A DNA stretch of 64,000 bases from Octopus vulgaris (GCA_951406725.2 OX597822.1:96472001-96536000), one strand, 5' to 3'; counted from the first letter of the stretch, positions 14,744 through 28,758 are shown. Program-made: numbers and translations. The notes: a model not told the origin generated them from the letters alone.

Positions 14744-14874
14744 ATTCTTGGATACAAGTATAAAAGGATAATGAGAAAGAGAAGGTGGGTGTAGGAATAT
14801 TTCGACTGTATATATGTATGTGTGTATGTGTGTGTATTTGTGTTTATACATACATGAAATTACATATAAACACA

Positions 14875-14930
<56 letters not shown>

Positions 14931-14931
<1 letters not shown>

Positions 14932-15340
14932 TCTTTTATTCTTTTATTATTTTATTTCTTTCAGTTATTTGACTGCGAGCACGCTGCAACACTGCTTTTA
15001 GTCGAAGAAATCGACTCAAGGACTTATTCTATCTATTGCTATTGCCGAACCGCTAAGTTACGAGAACGCAAACACGCCAACATCGGCTGTCAAGTGATGG
15101 TGGGGGGGGGACAAACACATACATACATACATACATACATACATACATACATACATACATACATGCATACATACATACATACGACGGGCTTCTTTCAGTT
15201 TCTGTCTACCAAATCGACTCACAAGGCTATGGTCGAGCCGAGGCTATGTTAGAATACAATTGCTCAAGATGCAACGCAGTGGGACTGAACCCGAAACCTT
15301 GTGGTTAGGAAGCAAGCTTTATACCACACAGCCACTCCTC
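14931..15340 (-). mobile_element. Diverged SINE family A copy
   Basis: Reverse-complement match to the head and tail of family A. Confidence 0.8.
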
Positions 15341-15345
15341 ATCCG

Positions 15346-15417
<72 letters not shown>

Positions 15418-15418
15418 C

Positions 15419-15471
<53 letters not shown>

Positions 15472-15707
15472 TATCCTTATTCATGTGTTTTGTATTACGT
15501 CACATTATATTACATGTACCATCACCACTTTAATTCAGTATTCATCACAGGCGTCCGACGAACGGGAACGTGAAACTCTGAGTAATAATTATGTCATAAT
15601 CTTGTAGCTTTATCAAATGTATATTACTCTACTATTGGTATTCGAGTACTATTTTTATCACCTTTTTTTGCATTTTATGTGCCCACCCGTATGTATGTAT
15701 GAGAGTG

Positions 15708-15758
<51 letters not shown>

Positions 15759-15893
15759 ATATGTAAAGTTAATCCAAACATGAAAACACAAAGAGAAAAC
15801 ACAACAACGCGAGGACGTGGAACAAATATAGTATTATTGGACGCTCAGGAAGGAAGGTGTGTGCGTAATTTTAAAATTAACCTTGTTCGAAAT

Positions 15894-16695
15894 CCTGTAC
15901 AATGTGGAAAGGAATTTATGGAAACAGAAGTAACGAAGACAAAACAACTTGCACTTTGTCTTGTATCTCTATATTTCTGGGTTAATATTTCTTCGTCAGT
16001 GAAGAAATCGAGGATGGTATCGCACAGGTATCTTTAGGTCAGGTATATAGAAGTGGGGTTAGGATTTGCGACATGTGCAGAACGGTATAGTTATAGTTAC
16101 AATAATCAATCTGCTTCGTATAAACCACTTTTGTAGTTGATGGATGGTTTTTGTTTGTGAATGAGGACCTCTTTTTGATCCCGAAATTGCCGATGTTACA
16201 TTATGTTCTTTAATAGTAAATAGATTCTTGAGTGTAGCATTTCTCTAACTGTTTTGGCATGATGCGTCTGTTTTTATATGTTCCTTCATAAAATTTTGTA
16301 ACTTTGTGATGCTGCTTCCCATGTAGAAACGGCTCTGAACAGAACTTCCCTTCGTAAACGTGATTTAGAAATCAAATACACGTAACACTTGGTACACCTG
16401 CGGTTTCTACTTTATGTATATGGAAGACATCCTAATGCTAATTTCTCCAGGTTGACCATCAAGGTATATCACAAATTCAGCAGTGTTGACAGACACTATG
16501 ATTTTGATATCGGACACCCCTCTGACATTAGAGTTCCAACTGTTCTACTAAATTTCCAGCCCAAGATTACACCGTCTCCATATTTCTCCTGACGAAGGGG
16601 TACTGAGTACGAAATAAAGAAATGCAAGGCAAAGTGCATGCTGTTATATTGTCTTCATTTTGCTTCTGCGCTTACCTTTCAATTCACATTGTACA
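15894..16695 (-). mobile_element. Penelope-like element remnant: GIY-YIG fragment between inverted pseudo-LTRs
   Basis: Minus-strand FYMGS..RDQKEVLIHKQKPSINYKSG; 15894-16020 (-) and 16575-16695 (+) are homologous, each with CTGACGA..GAAAT. Confidence 0.7.
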
Positions 16696-16748
16696 TATGC
16701 ATATGTACATATATGTTTATACACTTTTATTACGTATTTATGCATACA

Positions 16749-16913
16749 GGCGCAGGAGTGGAAGTGTGGTAAGTAGCTTGTTTACCAGCCACATGGTTCC
16801 GGGTTCAGTCCCACTGCGTAGCATCTTGGGCAAGTGTCTTCTACTATAGCCTCGGGCCGACCAAATCCTTATGAGTGGATTTGGTAGACGGAAACTGAAA
16901 GAAGCCCGTCGTA

Positions 16914-16985
<72 letters not shown>

Positions 16986-17049
16986 TGTGTGTGTTTGTGT
17001 GTCTGTGTTTGTCGCCCTAGCATTGCTTGACAACCGATGCTGGTGTGTT
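16749..17049 (+). mobile_element. SINE family A, 3'-truncated
   Basis: Match to family A. Confidence 0.88.
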
Positions 17050-17076
17050 ATATATGTATATATATATATACATACA

Positions 17077-17108
<32 letters not shown>

Positions 17109-17128
17109 CATATATATATATATATATA

Positions 17129-17159
<31 letters not shown>

Positions 17160-17162
<3 letters not shown>

Positions 17163-17385
17163 GATAATCCAAGCATGAAAACACAAAGAGAAAACACAAC
17201 AACGCGAGGACGTGGAACAAGCATAGCGTTATTGGACGCTCAGGAAAGGAAAGAAAGAAGGAGGATTTAACGTTTTGAGCGGAGCTCTTCGTCAGAAACA
17301 TAGAAAAAGGAAAGGTCAAAGGAAGGGAAGACGGAGAAAGAAAATCGCCAACGATACACACGCGGTCACATATTGAATGACTGAC
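17160..17385 (-). mobile_element. Penelope-type pseudo-LTR fragment
   Basis: Homologous to 15765-15855 (-) and 49712-49935 (+); contains CTGACGAAGAGCTCCGCTC(A/G)AAACGTT. Confidence 0.65.
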
Positions 17386-17455
17386 ATATATGTATATGTG
17401 TGTATATATGTATGTATGTATGTGTGTGTATATATATATATGCACACACATACAT

Positions 17456-17487
<32 letters not shown>

Positions 17488-17853
17488 GTATACACACACA
17501 CATTTGATATTAGAAAGCCGTAATGCTGTAGTGTTACGGCTTTCTTAAAATACAGTCACGTTAAGAAGGATATAAAGATTGCTATTCCATAGTTCCACTG
17601 TTTCCGTAACTAATATCTGATTTTTACTCAGTTCAGCAGGTAGTGGTGTCTGATTAGTCACTATATCTTTGTGTATAGCAACAACAGAAGCGAGGTTCGA
17701 CAGCGACAGACATTGTGGCTGCCTGTCTCTGATGAGGCGCAAACACGCTGATATCACGCGATCACGATACGATATTGTAAGCATCGAACGGCTTGTAAAT
17801 ATCTAATCATTAAAATGGAAACAATATTAGAAAAGTCATTCTCATTATTTTTT

Positions 17854-17887
<34 letters not shown>

Positions 17888-18103
17888 TAGAAAAACCCGT
17901 AAAACTTAGGAGGTAGGAGAGATGAATATATATTTATTTAACCGAGTGACATCCTTGGGGTTACAGCCGTTTCGCAACCAGCCTCATGTAGTAATAATTT
18001 TAGTGTGGAAGAAATTATGCTTACACGTTTTCATTAATATACATACTTGGCACTATACAATCCAACGAGTTCAATCGCTGGTGTAACTATGATGTTCCGG
18101 TGT

Positions 18104-18473
18104 TGAGGCGAAATGGCCCAGTGGTTAGGCAGCGGACTCGCGGTCGTAGGATCGCGGTTTCGATTCCCAGACCGGGCGTTGTGAGTGTTTATTGAGCGAA
18201 AACACCTAAACGTTCCACGAGGCTCCGGCAGAGATGGTGGTGATCCCTGCTGTACTCTTTCTCTCACTCTTACTTCCTGTTTCTGTTGTACCTGTATTTC
18301 AAAGAGCCGGCCTTGTCACTCTCTGTGTCACGCTGAATATCCCCGAGAACTACGTTAAGGGTACACGTGTCTGTGGAGTGCTCAGCCACTTACACGTTAA
18401 TTTCACGAGCAAGCTGTTCCGTTGATTCGGATCAACCGGAACCCTCGTCGTCGTAACCGACGGAGTGCTTCCA
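18104..18473 (+). mobile_element. SINE family B (tRNA-derived head)
   Basis: A box TGGCCCAGTGG, B box GGTTTCGATTCCC; 15-bp TSD TATGATGTTCCGGTG. Confidence 0.92.
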
Positions 18474-18907
18474 TATGATGTTCCGGTGATCTCAGGAGCT
18501 AGGTTTCTTCCTCTGCACTGTTTTGTGAATATGCAATTGTATTATATAATGCTGCGTATGCATATTAATGCAAACGTATAAACATAATTGCTTCTACAAT
18601 GAAATTATCATTACATAAAGAAGGTGCCGAAACGGCCGTAATCCCAAAGATGTCCAGTGGTTAAATAAATATATATTCATCTCTCATACCTCCTGAATTT
18701 TATTGTCTATATACTATTCTTAAGATAATTTCATTCATCGGACCTTCTGGAATTCAACTGTATGGACACTATACATTACAATTCTTGGTACAGGATTACT
18801 ATGTGAACTAGTAGCCGAGTCCGTAACCGGGCCTTTCTGTGATAGCCGCGCAGTTCTCCGAATCCATATCTTACACGACAAATTTACAAACACACACACA
18901 CTCACAT

Positions 18908-18941
<34 letters not shown>

Positions 18942-19013
18942 TGTATGTATGTATGTATGTATGTATGTATGTATGTATGTATGTATGTATGTATGTATAT
19001 ATATATATATGTA

Positions 19014-19111
<98 letters not shown>

Positions 19112-19492
19112 CTAGCAGTATCACCCGGCGTTGCTCGGGTTTGTAAGGGAAATAACTATATAAGCATTTTTAGAGATGTAAAGTATAATAGCCATCTCAA
19201 TATGGTTAACCACAAAGGGGGTGTTACTGTAGCTTTTTACGTTCTGAGATTTAATAATAAACTTTTAGGGAGTTACTTCCCTTATATATGCCAAAAATGC
19301 ATTAAAAATGGGAAAAATTGATGGTAATTTTTTTTTTAATCTTAGACTCATCGTAGACGCGCGCTAATACCCAGAAGGGCTCGATATGAATCACGACTAT
19401 AAGATACCCGGTTTTGTTTAAACTGCACCGCAAAATGTGGGAGTAGTTAGGAATCTAAATCGTAGGAGACAGACAGCACACAACGTTACTTT

Positions 19493-19500
<8 letters not shown>
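19112..19500 (-). mobile_element. Non-autonomous Helitron
   Basis: 3' CTAG end with the CCCGAGCAACGCCGGG hairpin; matches the other copies. Confidence 0.85.
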
Positions 19501-19565
<65 letters not shown>

Positions 19566-19979
19566 AATATATATTATCAGAACACATAGATAATACTTAT
19601 CCATATATATTTATAAATGTATGTATTCACAAACTTTGGTTATTCCTTGATTGAGATCCTCTTAGTATTCGTTTTGGATTTGTCTTTGTATAAGCTCGAT
19701 CTTCCTTCACTGGACACTGAAGAATATAGAGAGTGATTGCCTAAGGTCTCCAAAGATATAAGAAAAACTGGAATTACAGTAAAAGAACTTACTTATTGAG
19801 TGGTGGTGGTCGTCGTCGTCGTCGTGATGATGATGATGATGATGAGGAGGAGGAGGAGGAGGAGGAGGACGACGACGACGACGAGGATGATGATGATAAC
19901 GGTAAATGATCACCTTCCGTGTAAACATTTTCTTTTCTTTTACGTAATATGATTTTGTAAATGAATAATCTGGTGTGTG

Positions 19980-20364
19980 TGGAGGCGCAATGGCCCAGTG
20001 GTTAGAGCAGCGGACTCGCGGTCGTAGGATCGCGGTTTCGATTCCCAGACCGGGCGTTGTGAGTGTTTATTGAGCGAAAACACCTAAAAGTTCCATGAGG
20101 CTCCGGCAGGGGATGATGGTGATCCCTGCTGTACTCTTTCACCACAACGTTCTCTCACTCTTACTTCCTGTTTCTGTTGTACCTGTATTTCAAGGGGCCG
20201 GCCTTGTCACTCTCTGTGTCACGCTGAATATCCCCGAGAACTACGTTAAGGGTACACGTGTCTGTGGAGTGCTCAGCCACTTACACGTTAATTTCACGAG
20301 CAGGCTGTTCCGTTGATTCGGATCAACTGGAACCCTCGTCGTCGTAACCAACGGAGTGCTTCCA
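19980..20364 (+). mobile_element. SINE family B
   Basis: Full length; TSD ATCTGGTGTGT. Confidence 0.92.
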
Positions 20365-20588
20365 TCCTATCTGGTGTGTTTACGTTTAGGTATACAATAA
20401 ATTTCTTTGCCCTAGGTGTCGGAAAGACAGCCGGTAAGATATGAAAATGACATTGAAGAAAGAAGAAAAACTAATAATAATAATAATCTTTTTATTAGCC
20501 ACAGAGGTATAGATGACTGGGATGTCATAAGGACAGCAAAAACTTGTGTAGGAATTTGCATAAAGGACGACGAGAGAGAAATGGAAAA

Positions 20589-20746
20589 GAGTGGCTGTGT
20601 GGTAAGTAGCTTGCTAACCAACCACATGGTTCCGGGTTCAGTCCCACTGCGTGGCATCTTGGGCAAGTGTCTTCTGCTATAGCCCCGGGCTGACCAATGC
20701 CTTGTGAGTGGATTTGGTAGACGGAAACTGAAAGAAGCCCGTCGTA

Positions 20747-20831
<85 letters not shown>

Positions 20832-21053
20832 TTGTGTGTCTGTGTTTGTCCCCCTAGCATTGCTTGACAACCGATGCTGGTGTGTTTACGTCCCCGTCAC
20901 TTAGCGGTTCGGCAAAAGAGACCGATAGAATAAGTACTGTGCTTACAAAAAAGAATAAGTCCCGGGGTCGATTTGCTCGACTAAAGGCGGTGCTCCAGCA
21001 TGGCCGCAGTCAAATGACTGAAACAAGTAAAAGAGTGAAACAGTAAAAGAGTA
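20589..21053 (+). mobile_element. SINE family A
   Basis: Match to family A. Confidence 0.9.
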
Positions 21054-21140
21054 ACATGAATGGCAGAGTCCTGAAAGAGGAGAAACTCCAACAAGGACAA
21101 ATCATGAAATGCCACAAGTCAAGGATTACCCTCACAGCAA

Positions 21141-21557
21141 AAGGCGGAGAGTTGGCAGAATCGTTAGCACGCCGGGCGAAATGCTTAGCTGTATTTCGTC
21201 TGCCGTTACGTTCTGAGTTCAAATTCCGCCGAGGTCGACTTTGCCTTTCATCCTTTCTGGGTAGATAAATTAAGTACCAGTTACGCACTGGGGTCGATGT
21301 AATCGACTTAATCCGTTTGTTCGTCCTTGTTTGTCCTCTCTGTGTTTAGCCCCTTGTGGATAGTAAAGAAATAGGTATTTCGTCTGCCGCTATGTTCTGA
21401 GTTCAAATTTTGCCGAGGTCAACTTTGCCTTTTATCCTTTCTGGGTCGATAAATTAAGTACCAGTTACGCACTGGGGTCGATGTAATCGACTTAATCCGT
21501 TTGTTCGTCCTTGTTTGTCCTCTCTGTGTTTAGCCCCTTGTGAGTAGTAAAGAAATA
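21141..21557 (+). mobile_element. SINE family C dimer
   Basis: Head plus two bodies; 15-bp TSD GATTACCCTCACAGC. Confidence 0.9.
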
Positions 21558-22119
21558 GATTACCCTCACAGCTAAAGTCACGAGACCCCCCCCCCCAACT
21601 GTTGCTCTCCGATCTGTAGGATGTGTAGAGAAGTTTCTTTCACTCTAATCATTTTTGCCACTTTCGTCATTTTTTTCACAAATTCACTGGGCTGTAGTAC
21701 TTCTCTCGTCATCCTCACTTTCCATTCCAGGTGGAACCTGAAACAGCTTGACCGAAGAGGAAAGCGTCTTTGCTCAATCCCTTCAGCCTCGTCCACCACA
21801 TAATCTTTTTCGCCGTGGCCACTAGACGGAGGAACACCGCTTGCCCAGCCTTGTTAAAGTAGGGTGATGGGGCAATCCTCACGATGGATTCGGCCGATCG
21901 TCGGATTCGTCTCACATTCGATAACAGCTGTTCGACATTAGTCCACAGGTCAGCAATATTCGGGTACTTGCACGAGTGCGTGCAGAACGGTTTCGTCCAT
22001 CTGCGCGCATCTCAGACAGTCCCACATAGCAGCGCTTCCGTGCCTGTAGAATTTATCTCGAACCAGCAGTGCTTTTCGGTAGCACTACTAGGCCAGGGAC
22101 TTCTGAAAGTTATTCATCA

Positions 22120-22547
22120 CTAGCAGCATAGCCCGGCGTTGCCCGGGTATGTAAGAGCCCCTAGTAGGCAACGACTAATCCCAATATAGTTCTTTCCCTC
22201 TAGGGAACGAAGGCGCATGTGTAGGTTGCAATGTCTTCTCTTCACTCGAATACTTCTATGTATACGATGTTCCTAGCTGTCTCCCGATTGCAAGTTGCGA
22301 AAACTACAACAGAAAATGTGTTGCATATAAAAAGCTTAGATTCTCGACTCCATGTCGAATTTATCGATTATTTTCAGAACTGGGGGAACTTTTCAAAATT
22401 TTCGCTGCGTTAGTTTTGAATTATGACATTGGGCTAAGTGTGTGTCAAGTTTCATCAGAATCGGTTGAAAGCCGTGGTCAGGGTGAGGGTACAACCTGAC
22501 AGCCACACAGACACACAGACAAACAAACTGCCGTTTATATATAGAGA
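22120..22547 (-). mobile_element. Non-autonomous Helitron, divergent subfamily
   Basis: CTAG end with the CCCGGGCAACGCCGGG hairpin; TC(TC)TATATATAAA start. Confidence 0.78.
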
Positions 22548-23575
22548 GTTAGTACTGGTTTCACAAGTCCTCTGAAACAGACTAATTAGTTCATCCTCGT
22601 CGACGCCTAGAGGTTCCCCGGCAACGTTATTGCTCTTACTCGCCACCAGATTTCTATACATTGATAGCATAGAACTTCCACCGACCGTACTGCCCGACTG
22701 GTACAAGGCAGTGAGCATCAAACGACATTTAAGATGCCAGACACCTAATCTTATTGTCTTTTTTTTTTTACCCACGATTGCAGTTCCGTTAAAGAGACGA
22801 GCAATTGAAAGACGTGTCTTACAAACCACAATAACGGTTTCAAATTTGATACATGACCAACTGTTTTAGTGGCGAGGGAAAGTCGGTTACATCGACCCCA
22901 GCGTTCAATTGGTACGTATTCCGTCGATCCGAAAAAGATGAAAGGCAAAACTGGCATCGGCGGAAAGTGAACTCAGAATGTAAGGAATTAGAAAAAAAAA
23001 AAATTTACAAAGCGTTTCACAGCCTCTTGTTTTGCCTGACGTGCTATGGATTCTGCCAGACGATGACAGCGACAACCACAACGACGATGATGATGATGAA
23101 TGATAATGATCATTGTGGTGGTGGTGGTGGTGGTAGTGTTGGTGCTGCGGCTGAGAACTACGACGACGACGACGACGATGTGTGTGTGTGTGTGGGTGTT
23201 TGGGAATGAAAATTGAAAAATTGTCGTAACATAATTTACTCTTGATTCTAAGAAGACGAGATGTTTTTCATTATATCAAAAACAGTTTGTAATATAATAT
23301 AACTGATCACTTTAGCATAATTAACAAAAGCCTCAAAAACCCACGAACGAAAAAGAAAAAAATACATTAAAATTCAATATCTTGGCATAATTTAATTCAC
23401 TTTCGTATATATTTCCTCATCATCTTATTTAATAAACACAGATTCGATCAATTTATGCAAAATACAGAGCACAACAAACAACAGCAGCTAATTGTTCTCA
23501 TGAATTACGGCTTTGTGGCACATCTAATGAGATGTTTTATAGCTTAATGATAGCTTCATTACTTCGTGCCCCCTT

Positions 23576-23723
23576 TCAGATTAATCGAGCACACCCATGG
23601 TACGACAAATACAGCCGTTCAAGAATTTGGACCTGGAGATCTCCATTTCCAGCGACTTCGAGGGCCACCTCCCAGTGGTGTCGGGCGTCAACGAAGAGCC
23701 CTCGACTACAACAAGACGACCAA
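23576..23723. other. GC-rich exon-like island, strand unresolved
   Basis: Plus strand: tttcag|23580..23723|gtattt. Minus strand: ttgtag|23705..stop at 23576. Both frames are open. Confidence 0.4.
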
Positions 23724-23746
23724 AGTATTTTTCTTTTTTCTTTTCC

Positions 23747-23787
<41 letters not shown>

Positions 23788-23846
23788 ATGATAATGAAGA
23801 TGAAGACGATGATGATGATATTGATGATGATGACGACGACGACATA

Positions 23847-23889
<43 letters not shown>

Positions 23890-24155
23890 TTGATGATGAT
23901 GATAACGAAGGGGAGAAGAAGGAAATGATGATGACAACTAGGATCTTAAAATGGAAGATGAAATGTAGTAGTAGTTGGTTATGTGGTCCAATTTGGGTGG
24001 GGTGGTCAAGAATGGACGACCAAAGTATTTTTCTTTTCTTAGGTCTGGGGTCTCCCGCCTCTAAGCCCTAGACCATCACCTAATCATCCTTACCCGTCTT
24101 GTTGCTTAACAACAACAACAACGACAAATACAACGGTAATATAACGCTATAAAGT

Positions 24156-24253
24156 GTTATCCTGATGATCCGTTGCAGTTAGGCATCCAAATGCACCTGG
24201 AACATCCAATGATGAATTCCAAGTCACTGCAACGGTGAAACGTACGTAGGGAC
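24156..24253 (+). ncRNA. Hammerhead ribozyme-like motif with a long stem II
   Basis: CTGATGA, perfect 10-bp stem CCGTTGCAGT/ACTGCAACGG, GAAAC-GTAC-GTA; stem I weak. Confidence 0.6.
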
Positions 24254-24709
24254 TAAATATTTAAACTGGTGTTTATCCAATTTTCCACATTACGCGCGCA
24301 GACACACGCACATACACACACGCACATACACACACGCACATACACACACGCACACACACACATATGCATACACACACATATACACACACAACACTCACAC
24401 ACGCAATATACTTTACGTTCATCCTACATATAAACACACACTTTACATACACCCTACATACACACACCTTATACTTTGTGTCTCTTCGTTCTTTCTTTCA
24501 TTCTTTCATCATCATCGTCATCATCATCGTCGACATCATCATCATCATCATCGCCATCACCATCATCACCATCATCTTCTCTCTAACTCTCCCTCCACGT
24601 CCTATAATTACGTCCGCCACAATCTCTTACCACTTCTGTCCACGCCACTCTCTCTTACCACTTCTGTCCACGCCACTCACCATTTTATATTTCTGTTCCA
24701 TATATCATC

Positions 24710-24776
<67 letters not shown>

Positions 24777-25078
24777 CTCTCTCCTTTTCTCTCTCTCTCT
24801 CTCGTCACCCCATCCCACCCCACACTTGGATTCTCTCTCACAAACGTTTGTAAAATGTTTAACCAGAAGCAAATGCATGCTAACGTATCTATGGTAACAT
24901 ATTCCTTTAATCTTTCAATCTTTCAATCTTTCAATCTTTCATTCGCTCATTCATTCGTACTTCAGTATTGTATTCTTTGAAATATAATCGATTTTTCTTT
25001 CTCTCTGTATATGGGTGATGATGAGTTGTGGGTAAAGTTAGAAAGGAGCAGAGGAAGAGGGGGGGGGGGAGATGGAGG

Positions 25079-25620
25079 AGAAGAAGAAGAAGAAGATGAT
25101 GATGAAGAAGAAGAAGAAGGAGAAGAAGATGATGAAGAAGAAGAAGAAGAAGAAGAAGAAGATGAAGAAGGAGATGATAATGAAGAAGAAGAAGAAGAAG
25201 AAGAGGAAGATGAAGAAGACGAAGAAGAAGAAGAAGAAGAAGAAGAAGAAGAAGAAGAAGAAGAAGGAGATGATGATGAAGAAGAAGAAGAAGAAGAAGA
25301 AGAAGAAGAGGAAGATGAAGAAGACGAAGAAGAAGAAGAAGAAGAAGAAGAAGATGAAGGAGAAGAAAAAGAAGAAAAAGAAGAAGAAGAGGAAGAAGAA
25401 GAAGAAGATGAAGGAGAAGAAAAAGAAGAAAAAGAAGAAGAAGAGGAAGAAGAAGAGGAAGATGAAGATGAAGAAGACGAAGAAGAAGAAGAAGAAGAAG
25501 AAGAAGAAGATGAAGAAGAAGATGAAGAAGAAGAAGAAGAAGAAGAAGAAGACGAAGAAGAAGAAGAAGATGAAGAAGATGAAGAAGAAGAAGGAGAAGA
25601 AGAAGATGAAGAAGAAGAAG
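25079..25620. repeat. (GAA)n imperfect microsatellite
   Basis: Direct inspection. Confidence 0.97.
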
Positions 25621-25928
25621 AGAGAGAAAGAGGGAAAAGGGGGGAGGAGGAGAAGTTTTAGAGCGTTGGGAAAATGTGTTGCTTTCTTTCTGTGTTCAAA
25701 TCCTATTAAGGTGAACCTTGCCTTTCATCCATTCGGGGCCATGATACATTAAAGTACCTGTTTACGTAATGGGGTTTACTAGCGTTGATGAAGGTAGTGG
25801 TGGTGGTGGTGGTGGTGGTGGTGGTGGTGGTGGTGGTGGTGGTTGGTGGTGGTTGGTGTTGGTGGTGGTTGGTGTTGGTGGTGGTGGTGGTGGACGTGTT
25901 GGCGGTGGTAGTAGTAGTAGTAGTAGTA

Positions 25929-25970
<42 letters not shown>

Positions 25971-26012
25971 ATGATGGTGGTGATGTTGGAAAAATATTAA
26001 ATAACAAATGTA

Positions 26013-26212
26013 CTAAAAGCAAAATACACAGCAAAGCAAAACATAAGTTAAAATAAGTAGCCATAAAATTATTTGCTCCGTACTAGCAGGTCCGTTATAT
26101 GTATCACAACTGGCTTCCTGCTGTGTCCTCACACATTTCAAAAGATTACCCTGCATGCTTGCAATTTGTTCGGTCAATTTCTTGACACGTTTACGTTCCT
26201 CGTTCAATTTTT
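26013..26212 (-). CDS. Coding exon 4 (probable last) of a coiled-coil protein with hydrophobic C-terminus
   Basis: Strong acceptor ttttctttttttttccag; phase 1; EKLNEERKRVKKLTEQIASMQ..IILWLLILTYVLLCCVFCF-stop. Confidence 0.78.
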
Positions 26213-26250
26213 CTGGAAAAAAAAAGAAAATAATAATAATAATAGTAATA

Positions 26251-26734
<484 letters not shown>

Positions 26735-26752
26735 ATAATAATAATAATAATG

Positions 26753-26784
<32 letters not shown>

Positions 26785-27030
26785 TCGTTCGTTTATTGGC
26801 CACAAGGGCTAGCAAAAATCAATTAAAACATAAAGGGACAAAACACAGGACGAAAGTTACAAAGGGTTTTGTCCGTTTAAAAAAAGTCCGTGTACAAAAG
26901 CAGGATAACAACGAAATGTAAGTAACAATTAAAACTCTCAATAGGAGGAGGCGCTTCGAAAGGTTACTCGTGGAAAAACCTATAAAAGCCACGGGAACCT
27001 GGTCAAAAGTGGGGTAGAGAGCCCCTTTCT
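26785..27030 (-). mobile_element. 3' UTR fragment of a Tx1-like LINE
   Basis: Reverse complement GACCAGGTTCCCGTGG..TTCCACGAGTAACCT..AGCCCTTGTGGCCAATAAA matches the UTR at 42260-42555. Confidence 0.7.
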
Positions 27031-27183
27031 CCTTTTATATTTCCTTTTAATTCTCACAGGTGATAATAATAATGATTTCATTTATATGCCACCAGGGCGA
27101 AGGCTGAGGGGGACGATACAAAGTGTGGGAGCTTACATTTAATGAAATGATATAATAATTAGATAAGTAACAAAAAATATATA

Positions 27184-27601
27184 GGCGCAGGAGTGGCTGT
27201 GTGGTAAGTAGCTTGCTAACCAACCACATGGTTCCGGGTTCAGTCCCACTGCGTGACATCTTGGGCAAGTGTCTTCTGCTATAGCCCCGGGCCGACCAAT
27301 GCCTTGTGAGTGGATTTGGTAGACGGAAACTGAAAGAAGCCCGTCGTATATATATATATATGTGTATGTGTGTGTTTGTGTGTCTGTGTTTGTCCCCCTA
27401 GCATTGCTAGAAACCGATGCTGGTGTGTTTACGTCCTCGTCACTTAGCGGTTCGGCAAAATAGACTGATAGAATAAGTACTGGGCTTACAAAGAATAAGT
27501 CCTGGGGTAGATTTGCTCGACTAAAGGCAGTGCTCCAGCATGGCCGCAGTCAAATGACTGAAACAAGTAAAAGAGAGTAAAGAGTAAAGAGTAAAGAGAG
27601 T
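27184..27601 (+). mobile_element. SINE family A
   Basis: Full-length match. Confidence 0.92.
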
Positions 27602-28361
27602 ATACAATGGTTTAAAGAAAAGAAAAAGAAAAGGCAGGGACGGATAGAGATGTAGCCTTTCTGATACAAAATGACCTCTAGGGATAAGCGAGGAGCCTCA
27701 CCGTCCAAGATTTCCCTGAACCCCAAAAGCAAATGTCCTCTCCAATTCCTTCTCTCCGACTCACAGGTCTACACTTGGCAAGGGTGCCATCCAGTCTTGC
27801 TATTTTCGTAACTTTCATCCACCTTTCAGTAAACTCACCCGAGGACAGTACTTCTCTCTCTCTCTACCCACAATTTCCTTTTCAAGTGAAATTTGAAGAA
27901 ATCAATGAGAGCTTTATCAAAGAGGAATGTGTCCTCATGCCTTTCAGCGTTGCCTACCAAACAGCATCTTTCGCCACAGCCACCAGGCAAAGGAAAATTG
28001 AAAGGAAAACCGCGGAGCAGTCATCATTACAGACTCGGCCGATAGAGGGATCCGTCGTCCAACACGTGACAGCAGCTGTTCGACATAACACCACAAGTCA
28101 GCAATGTTCGGACACTGAACGAGTGCGTACAGAACGATTTCGTCAGTCTGAGTGCACCTTGGACAAGCCCGTCTGGCAGCACATCCGTGCATGTTGCGTT
28201 TATTTCGGTAGCGATCCCCGGTGGCACTGCCAGGCCAAGGACACCTGGAAATTATCCATGATTGTTTCCGATCAGAAAGTCCTCCGGAACAGACTAGCCA
28301 GTTCGTTTTCGTAGGCGCCCAGAGTCTCTCCGAGAATGTCATCGTGATTTCCCGCCACTAA

Positions 28362-28758
28362 TCTTTATATATAAAAGTGAAGTTGCGTGTCTGTCTCCTA
28401 CGATTTAGATTCCTAACTACTCCCACATTTTGCGGTGCAGTTTAACCAAAACCGGGTATCTTATAGTCGTGATTCATATCGAGCCTTTCTGGGTATTAGC
28501 GCGCGTCTACGATGAGTCTACGATTTAAAAAAAAAATTGCCATCATTTTTTTCGATTTTAATGCATTTTTTCGCTATTATATAAGGGAAGTGACTCTCTA
28601 AAATGTCTTCGATGAGTCAACAATTTAAAAACAAATTTACCATAATTTTTTTTCCATTTTCAATGCATTTTTTTGCTATTTTTTGGCTATAACTCTCTAA
28701 AAATGCTTATATAGTTATTTCCCTTACAAACCCGAGCATCGCCGGGCGATACTGCTAG
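28362..28758 (+). mobile_element. Non-autonomous Helitron
   Basis: A|TC start, hairpin then CTAG|T end, no TSD. Confidence 0.88.

Larger units (their letters stand above)
20488..22760 (-). mobile_element. Degenerate Tx1/L1-clade LINE 3' part with three nested insertions
   Basis: Minus-strand homology to the 41689 copy (NNFQKSLAW..CYRKAL, SAESIV, WWTRLKGL); interrupted by SINE-A, a SINE-C dimer and a Helitron. Confidence 0.75.

Noticed and set aside
18104-18180. tRNA genes at the heads of families A, B and C
   Set aside because: A and B boxes are present but there is no complete cloverleaf; the heads are followed by SINE bodies and flanked by TSDs
25011-25752. Poly-Glu or poly-Lys protein ORFs
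   Set aside because: Translation of a (GAA)n microsatellite with no unique coding content
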